DNA of 64,000 nucleotides, taken from an uncultured Ruminococcus sp. (lineage in GTDB: Bacteria; Bacillota; Clostridia; Oscillospirales; CAG-272). The translations under genes were made by a program, and so were the position numbers. How positions within the stretch are numbered: the first letter of the stretch is position 1; the number at the start of each line of letters is the position of its first letter. The stretch is from assembly GCA_964522215.1 (NCBI GenBank), contig CAZFVR010000003.1, positions 43,112 through 107,111 of the forward strand, written 5' to 3'. Of this stretch, positions 58,056-64,000 are shown piece by piece. The notes under the pieces were generated by a model. It had not been told where the DNA came from and searched no databases. It worked only from the letters and a program-made list of their open reading frames with translations.

Positions 58056-59033
58056 TTATTTATTTGTCATATGCCGCAGGTAGACGAGCATAGCACCGAT
58101 ATTGGGGGCTATACGTGCAACATCCCCCTCCACCTCTGTTGCGGGTATACCGTATATGCGGAACAGCTCCAAGAGCAACTCGCGCAGAGGGGACGAGCCG
58201 CCGACATAGAACGGTGCTTGTCCCTGCAAGGCAGACACGATGCGCATATCCCCCTCAAGTATCGCGCCCATCATAAAGTTTGCGGCATCATCCGAGTCAT
58301 GCGAGAGGCGCGGCATGACCCAGACCTTTGAAAGCGCCGGGGAGAGACCCCATTTCGCGGCAAATTCCGCGCCCCATTTCAGCATATCCGGGCGTATCTC
58401 GCGTATGGCGGGATGCGGCACAACACGGCGAAGCAATGTGTTTTCGGATACCGCGGCCGTCAGCTCGCCACACATGGAGGAGTAGATACCGTCGATCCGC
58501 CCATCTCCATCCACGGTGATGATCTTGTTATATGAGCCGGGGAGCAGTAATGTAAACGCGCCCTCAATAGCGCAAAGCGCGGCAATGCCGTAAAGTTCGC
58601 ACTCCTCGCCGCTCATCACCTCGGTGCGCATTATATCACCCTTGCCCTTTGTGCCCGGGATGAACAGGATGGGAACATCCGCAACCTTTGGCATGTGCAC
58701 AAGCTCGGAGGCCGCGGCGGTATCGGCGATAGATGCCGGAGTGATGACGTGATGTATGTGGTGTATGCCTATGTGAGAGGAAAGAGTGCCGGAGCAGATA
58801 ACGGCATCGACCACGGAGGTATCGATCCCCGCGCCGCCGCAGATCTCGCGTATGCCGCGCCCCAAGGAGGAGGAAAGTATTTCGGAGGAGCTTTCACGCA
58901 CGCCGTCACGTGCGCCGATCCGGTATTTTATCTCATCAAGCGGGCGAAGCCCTACCGCCTCGCGTGCATCTTTTGGTGTTGGATAGAGCCGCAGTCGCAT
59001 ATTTGTAGTTCCGCAATCAACAAGGATAAGCAT
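58056..59033 (-). CDS. 2-dehydro-3-deoxygalactonokinase (DgoK) family protein, tentative
   Basis: ILVDCGTTNMRLRLY versus DgoK IDWGSTNLRAWLY. IPGTKG...DIMRTEVMSGEECELYG, LLPGSYNKI and CGELTAAVSENTLL parallel E. coli DgoK blocks recalled from memory. Start ATG 59033 behind AAAGGTGA. Confidence 0.55.
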   Translation of the reverse strand: MLILVDCGTTNMRLRLYPTPKDAREAVGLRPLDEIKYRIGARDGVRESSSEILSSSLGRGIREICGGAGIDTSVVDAVICSGTLSSHIGIHHIHHVITPASIADTAAASELVHMPKVADVPILFIPGTKGKGDIMRTEVMSGEECELYGIAALCAIEGAFTLLLPGSYNKIITVDGDGRIDGIYSSMCGELTAAVSENTLLRRVVPHPAIREIRPDMLKWGAEFAAKWGLSPALSKVWVMPRLSHDSDDAANFMMGAILEGDMRIVSALQGQAPFYVGGSSPLRELLLELFRIYGIPATEVEGDVARIAPNIGAMLVYLRHMTNK

Positions 59034-59238
59034 GTTTATCACCTTTACTTTGACTTTTATAGTTTTGAATGAATAATCTCGTTTATTTATTTTGGCGAGA
59101 GCATTATCGTCGGGATAATTATACATCAAAATTTGCCGATTGTCCATATACCTGCGGCTTTTTTGTTGACATTTCGACATTTGGCTGATATAATAATAAT
59201 GTTAATTTACAGAATGACATCACCCCGGAGGTCTATAC

Positions 59239-60747
59239 ATGCTCAAGGATGGAAAGATACTTATAGGCATTGGCGACGAGCCCGCCGCCATACTGCCATC
59301 GATGGCAAACAGGCACGGTCTTATAGCGGGCGCAACAGGCACCGGCAAAACGATAACACTAAAGGTCATGGCGGAGTCCTTCTCCGACCTTGGTGTACCG
59401 GTTTTTTTGGCGGATATCAAGGGCGACCTTGGCGGATGCGTCAAGGCAGGGGCTGCCAATGCATCGATAGACAAACGCCTGGTCGGCATGGGTATGGATC
59501 CTGCCGAATTTAAATACCAAAGCTACCCCGTACGATTTTGGGATGTTTACGGCGAGGGCGGTCACCCTGTAAGGACCACCGTCAGTGAGATGGGCGCCTC
59601 CCTGCTCTCCCGCCTTTTGGGACTTACCGATGTGCAAGCGGGCGTGCTCTCGATAGTTTTTCGCGTAGCCGACGACAAGGGCTGGCTGCTGATAGATCTT
59701 AAGGATCTGCGCTCGATGGTGGCATATGTTGCAGATCACGCCTCCGAGCTTTTAAATCAATACGGCAACGTCTCACGCCAGTCGGCAGGAGCGATACAGC
59801 GCGCACTTTTGCGGCTTGAGGATGAGGGCGGGGCGCTGTTTTTCGGTGAACCCGACATAAAGCTTTCCGACTGGATGCAAACGGATGAGTCGGGGCGCGG
59901 GTATATAAATATCCTGCACTGCGCCAAGCTCTCCTCCTCCCCACTGCTGTATTCCACATTCATGCTGTGGCTGCTTGCCGAGCTGTTTGAGGAGCTGCCT
60001 GAGGCAGGAGACCTTGAAAAACCAAAACTCGTTTTCTTCTTTGACGAAGCTCACATGCTCTTTAACGATGCCCCAAAGGCACTACGCGACAAGGTGGAGC
60101 AGGTGGTTAAGCTTATAAGATCAAAAGGCATTGGCGTATACTTTATTACCCAACAGCCATCGGATATTCCCGACCCGATACTTGCCCAGCTCGGTAACAG
60201 AGTTCAGCATGCCCTGCGAGCCTACACGCCCGCCGAGCAAAAGGCGATACGCGCCGCGGCGGATTCCTTTAGGACCAACCCGAAATTTGAAACCAAGACG
60301 GTGCTGACAGAGCTTGGAACAGGCGAGGCACTGGTGAGCTTTCTTGATGAAAAGGGGCGCCCCTCCATCGTCGAACGCGCAACTATACTGCCGCCGCAAT
60401 CCTCCATGGGTGCAATTGACGACGAGCGCCGCCGCGCCGAGATACACGCGGACGATCTTTTTGGCAAGTATGAGGTTGCGGTAGACAATGAATCCGCCTA
60501 CGAACTGATAGAAGCGGAACGTCGGGCCGATGAAGAGGAGGCGATCGAGAGCGCCGAGCGCGAGGCCAAGGAAAAGGAAAAAGAGAAGGAAAAGAAAGAG
60601 AAAGAAAAGGCAAAAAGCAAGAAAAAGTCAAGCACTAAAAAGTCAGCCATTTCCAAGGCAGCAGATTCGGCACTCAACAGTGTCGGACGCGAGCTTGGTC
60701 GCCAAATAGGCCGCGGGCTTTTCGGTACCATCAAAAAGCTTTTTTAA
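59239..60747 (+). CDS. HerA-like / DUF853 (YjgR-type) P-loop ATPase
   Basis: MANRHGLIAGATGTGKTITLKVMAE, Walker B LVFFFDEAHMLF and GVYFITQQPSDIP. Lys/Glu-rich C-terminal tail. Confidence 0.75.
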   Translation: MLKDGKILIGIGDEPAAILPSMANRHGLIAGATGTGKTITLKVMAESFSDLGVPVFLADIKGDLGGCVKAGAANASIDKRLVGMGMDPAEFKYQSYPVRFWDVYGEGGHPVRTTVSEMGASLLSRLLGLTDVQAGVLSIVFRVADDKGWLLIDLKDLRSMVAYVADHASELLNQYGNVSRQSAGAIQRALLRLEDEGGALFFGEPDIKLSDWMQTDESGRGYINILHCAKLSSSPLLYSTFMLWLLAELFEELPEAGDLEKPKLVFFFDEAHMLFNDAPKALRDKVEQVVKLIRSKGIGVYFITQQPSDIPDPILAQLGNRVQHALRAYTPAEQKAIRAAADSFRTNPKFETKTVLTELGTGEALVSFLDEKGRPSIVERATILPPQSSMGAIDDERRRAEIHADDLFGKYEVAVDNESAYELIEAERRADEEEAIESAEREAKEKEKEKEKKEKEKAKSKKKSSTKKSAISKAADSALNSVGRELGRQIGRGLFGTIKKLF

Positions 60748-60771
60748 CCGCTGTCTTAAACCAAAATACAA

Positions 60772-60811
60772 AATATCGGCTCGATCCTCACATTGAGATC
60801 GAGCCGATATT
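60772..60811 (+). terminator. intrinsic terminator after the DUF853 ATPase gene
   Basis: Stem aatatcggctcgatc / gatcgagccgatatt. Confidence 0.6.
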
Positions 60812-60852
60812 GATTCCCGATAATATATTGATATTATTATTAACATTTTCTC

Positions 60853-60882
60853 TTTACAATACACGACAGAATATGATATAAT
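60853..60882 (+). promoter_or_regulatory. sigA-type promoter TTTACA-18-TATAAT upstream of the P-type ATPase
   Basis: TTTACA at 60853..60858 and TATAAT at 60877..60882. Confidence 0.45.
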
Positions 60883-61011
60883 AATATGTAAGATCATCTT
60901 TTTCGAGCGGACGATCGGATAAGATCATACAGCATACTTCATCCATCATTAGTCTTCCGCCATTCCCATGACACGAAAGACAGCCCGCGCGGCTGTTGAA
61001 AGGACAGCTAT

Positions 61012-63534
61012 ATGAAGCCAAAGCAAAAGGAACAAAAAAAGGACGGACGGACGGCGCCCCTCTCCTTTTTGAAAAAGAGCGGCAAAATGAGCGCCAGCGC
61101 GCAGGAACGCGCCAAAAGATACACGCCGGATCCCGACCGCGGCCTCAGCCCGGAGGAGGTGGCCGAGCGTACCGAGGCAGGGCTTTGCAATGTTTCGGTA
61201 GACAAGACCGGTAAATCCACAACGCAGATAATCCTATCCAATGTTTTTACCTACTTTAATATGATCTTTTTCATTCTGGCGGCGATATTGCTGGTGGAAG
61301 GGTCATACAACAACCTGACGTTCCTTTGCGTTGTGTTTGTAAACACGATCATAGGGACGATACAGGAGATAAAAGCCAAGCGCACGCTTGAGCGGCTGTC
61401 ACTGATCTCCGCACCTGTCAGCAAGGTGATAAGGAACGGTAAGACCGAGGAGATAAGCAGTGATTCCCTGGTGCTTGACGATATAGTAATATTTGAGGCG
61501 GGCAATCAGATATGCGCCGATGCGATAGTTTGTGACGGCACGCTGACCGTTAACGAGTCACTGGTAACAGGTGAATCGGATGAGATAAAAAAAGTTGCGG
61601 GCAACACCCTGCTCTCCGGCAGTTTTGTGGTATCCGGTCGTTGCCGCGCACGTCTTGACCGCGTGGGGCATGAATCCTTTGCCGCAAAGCTTACCCTTGA
61701 TGCAAAAAAGATCAAAAAAAGACAGCAGCCCGGCATGATGCGCTCGCTGACCTTGCTGATCAAGGTGATAGGCGTTATAATAATCCCGGTCGCCATATTT
61801 ATGTTTATAAATCAAAAGAACGTAATAGGCATGACCACCAAGGAGAATATAGAGAGCACTGCGGCATCGATCATAGGCATGATACCCGAGGGGCTTTATC
61901 TTTTGACGAGCGTTGCTCTTGCGGTAAGCGTTATGCGGCTTGCCAAAAAGAAGACCCTGGTGCATGACATGAAGTGCATTGAAACGTTGGCGCGTGTTGA
62001 TGTCATCTGCGTTGATAAGACCGGTACGGTAACAGAGCCAGAGATGCATGTAAAGCAGGTAATTCCCCTTGAGGATGACAGCCAAAGCGCCGCGGCAAGA
62101 TGCCACTCGCTTATTCGCGACATGGTGCTAAATCAATCCCCCGACAATGCGACCATGCGCTCACTGCAGGAATTTTTTGATGACAAAAAGGACTACAGGC
62201 GCGCAGTTAGTGTAAAAAGCTTTTCATCCGAAACAAAATACAGTGCCGTAGCGTTTAGAGACACGGCATATCTGCTCGGCGCGCCGGAATTTATACTGCG
62301 CGATGAATATGATGAATTTCGCGAGGCGATAGAGGCGCATTCATCTGTCGGTGAGCGCGTTTTGCTGTTTGCCGAATACAGCTATGAGCGCGGCGGTGAT
62401 GAGGATATATTCGCTGACGGCACACTGCGCGGAATAGTGATCCCGGAGGCGCTGATAACACTTGAAAACAGAGTTCGTCCGGAGGCGCGCGAGACATTTG
62501 AGTATTTTGCCAAGCAGGGAGTGGCGATAAAGGTCATATCGGGTGACAACCCCGTGACAGTATCACGCGCGGCTATGACAGCGGGCATTCCCGATTCGGA
62601 TAAGTTTATTGATGCCGGAATGCTTGATACGCCGGAAAAGATAGAGCGCGGCATACTTGAATACAATGTTTTTGGTCGTGTTACGCCGGAGCAAAAGCGG
62701 GCGTTCGTTCGTGCGCTTAAAAAGAACGGTCACACGGTTGCCATGACCGGTGACGGTGTTAATGATGTGCTGGCGCTGAAGGATGCCGATTGCAGTATAG
62801 CAATGGCCTCCGGCAGTGATGCGGCTGCAAATGTTTCCGACCTTGTTTTGCTTGATTCAAACTTCTCCTCAATGCCCTCGGTAGTGGCGGAGGGGCGGCG
62901 TGTTATAAACAATATAGAGCGCTCGGCATCGTTGTTTTTGGTGAAAAATATTTTTTCCTTTATACTTACCATGCTGGCGCTGATAAGCTCCTCGATGTAT
63001 CCCTTTAAGCCCGCACAGCTCTCGCTGGTATCTGCGGTGATGATAGGTGTCCCCTCCTTTGTGCTTGCGCTTGAGCCAAACACCGATATCGTGCGCGGCA
63101 GATTTTTGCGGAACGTGCTTTTCCGCTCCTTCCCTGCCGCGCTTACCGCCGTAATACTGGTGGCGTGGTCACTGCTGTTTTCGACCGCGTTTGATATTTC
63201 CGGCGAGCTTACATCGACCGTTGCGTTTTATCTTTACTCCTTTGTAGCATACATGATGCTCTACAAGGTCTGCCGACCGATGAACCTCCTGCACAAGCTG
63301 CTGTTCGGCTCGATGGGTGTGCTCTTCCTGCTTGCTGTGATAATAATTCCCGGCTGGTTTGACCTGGTCACACCAGACCGTGGTTGCGCGCTGATACTTG
63401 CGGCACTCGGGCTGCTTGCATTCCCGATAAATCGTGTGATAAGCAATATATTTGCAAACTTTGAGGGCTGGATCAGAATCATCAAGGATTTTATAAAGCG
63501 AGACATGGAGCGCACTGCGGAGAGCGACCGATAA
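61012..63534 (+). CDS. cation-translocating P-type ATPase (P2-like, PEGL motif)
   Basis: TGES, IPEGL (TM4), phosphorylation site ICVDKTGTVTE, MTGDGVNDVLALKDAD, and about 10 TM segments. Confidence 0.88.
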   Translation: MKPKQKEQKKDGRTAPLSFLKKSGKMSASAQERAKRYTPDPDRGLSPEEVAERTEAGLCNVSVDKTGKSTTQIILSNVFTYFNMIFFILAAILLVEGSYNNLTFLCVVFVNTIIGTIQEIKAKRTLERLSLISAPVSKVIRNGKTEEISSDSLVLDDIVIFEAGNQICADAIVCDGTLTVNESLVTGESDEIKKVAGNTLLSGSFVVSGRCRARLDRVGHESFAAKLTLDAKKIKKRQQPGMMRSLTLLIKVIGVIIIPVAIFMFINQKNVIGMTTKENIESTAASIIGMIPEGLYLLTSVALAVSVMRLAKKKTLVHDMKCIETLARVDVICVDKTGTVTEPEMHVKQVIPLEDDSQSAAARCHSLIRDMVLNQSPDNATMRSLQEFFDDKKDYRRAVSVKSFSSETKYSAVAFRDTAYLLGAPEFILRDEYDEFREAIEAHSSVGERVLLFAEYSYERGGDEDIFADGTLRGIVIPEALITLENRVRPEARETFEYFAKQGVAIKVISGDNPVTVSRAAMTAGIPDSDKFIDAGMLDTPEKIERGILEYNVFGRVTPEQKRAFVRALKKNGHTVAMTGDGVNDVLALKDADCSIAMASGSDAAANVSDLVLLDSNFSSMPSVVAEGRRVINNIERSASLFLVKNIFSFILTMLALISSSMYPFKPAQLSLVSAVMIGVPSFVLALEPNTDIVRGRFLRNVLFRSFPAALTAVILVAWSLLFSTAFDISGELTSTVAFYLYSFVAYMMLYKVCRPMNLLHKLLFGSMGVLFLLAVIIIPGWFDLVTPDRGCALILAALGLLAFPINRVISNIFANFEGWIRIIKDFIKRDMERTAESDR

Positions 63535-63585
63535 CGGCCGGCGCAAAGTCTATTGCACATAAGACGCCCAATTAGCAAATACGAA

Positions 63586-63623
63586 CCCAACGCCCCCACC
63601 GTGTGAACGGTGGGGGCGTTGGG
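63586..63623. terminator. bidirectional intrinsic terminator (P-type ATPase / flotillin-like gene)
   Basis: 16-nt arms cccaacgcccccaccg / cggtgggggcgttggg. Confidence 0.75.
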
Positions 63624-63665
63624 CCTCTTATTATTTAGACTTTAGACTTGTTTATGTTTGTGATC

Positions 63666-64000
63666 TTATTCTTTATCCAACGCATCGGATGCATTGTCTG
63701 CTGCAGCCTTCGAGGCACTGTCCCGGGCGGTACCAAGGTACTCCGGCAGCTTCATGCCCGCCATATCAAAAAGATCCGTCAGCGGAGGGACCGATCTGTA
63801 AAGACCGGAGATAAAGCCTGCTGTACTGCTCTTGCCGTCACCGCCCGACTGGCCGTTATCCCATACGGTGACCTTATCGATCTTAAGGTTGCTGATCGCA
63901 TCTACCTGGATGCGGGTGAGTTCCTCAAGCTTATCGGTTACCATAAGCCTTATAGCCGCGTTGGCATCGCCGCCGGCGGCGTTTATGATCCGGGAAAGAC
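63666..64000 (-). CDS. flotillin / SPFH-family protein, C-terminal part (5' end beyond the window)
   Basis: The frame stays open upstream of the track's ATG (63944) to the window edge. It reads ...LSRIINAAGGDANAAIRLMVTDKLEELTRIQVDAISNLKIDKVTVWD, which resembles flotillin C-termini. Confidence 0.55.
   Translation of the reverse strand, partial: LSRIINAAGGDANAAIRLMVTDKLEELTRIQVDAISNLKIDKVTVWDNGQSGGDGKSSTAGFISGLYRSVPPLTDLFDMAGMKLPEYLGTARDSASKAAADNASDALDKE

Noticed and set aside
60560-60640. Homopurine tract of about 70 nt (gaaaaggaaaaagagaaggaaaagaaagagaaagaaaagg...).
   Set aside because: It lies in frame within the DUF853 ATPase gene and simply encodes its KEKEKEKEKKEKEKAKSKKK tail. There is no evidence for an independent element.
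60883-61011. Possible metal riboswitch (M-box or yybP-ykoY) in the leader of about 130 nt before the P-type ATPase.
   Set aside because: I could not find the conserved cores I remember for these classes (for example the GGGGAGUAG / CUUGACA elements of yybP-ykoY). Only short generic hairpins are present.
1-64000. Search by eye for CRISPR arrays, rRNA, tRNA, IS elements and prophage modules.
   Set aside because: I saw no regularly spaced repeats, rRNA-like conserved blocks, cloverleaf candidates, transposase ORFs or phage structural genes. Intergenic space is short and is explained by promoters and terminators. A tRNAscan/Infernal run would be needed to exclude small RNAs.

Overview
The window looks like a co-linear chromosomal segment of a roughly 55% GC, Clostridia-like Firmicute (whiA and SpoIID-family genes, Firmicute-style ylxM-ffh-rpsP-khpA operon). 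It is almost fully coding, and I support 52 protein genes. Housekeeping calls include secA, mnmA, a class A PBP, dnaE, whiA, a HAD-murB fusion, coaE, prfA, sua5/tsaC, a ParC/GyrA-like subunit, deoC, polA, ldh, glpK, ffh, rpsP, mscL and a P-type ATPase. I also call about ten intrinsic terminators and nine sigA-type promoters read by eye. I found no rRNA, tRNA, CRISPR array, IS element or prophage. The most unusual locus is a four-gene, translationally coupled operon on the minus strand (28757..32134). It resembles a biotin-dependent transcarboxylase or Na+-decarboxylase (12S-like carboxyltransferase, OadG-like anchor, 1.3S/MmdC-like N-terminal stub, 5S/OadA-like subunit). However, it has no biotinyl domain, no beta pump subunit, and visibly degenerate catalytic motifs. 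Secondary points of interest are a HAD(YjjG-like)-MurB fusion coupled to whiA, a Xer recombinase followed by a MutS-domain-V ATPase, an orphan ABC-type (AAA_21-like) ATPase behind a perfect consensus promoter, a tandem class II aldolase with a ligand-less second domain, and a poly-Gly coiled-coil protein overlapping a giant SpoIID-family gene. All family assignments come from motif recognition by eye. No database search was run.
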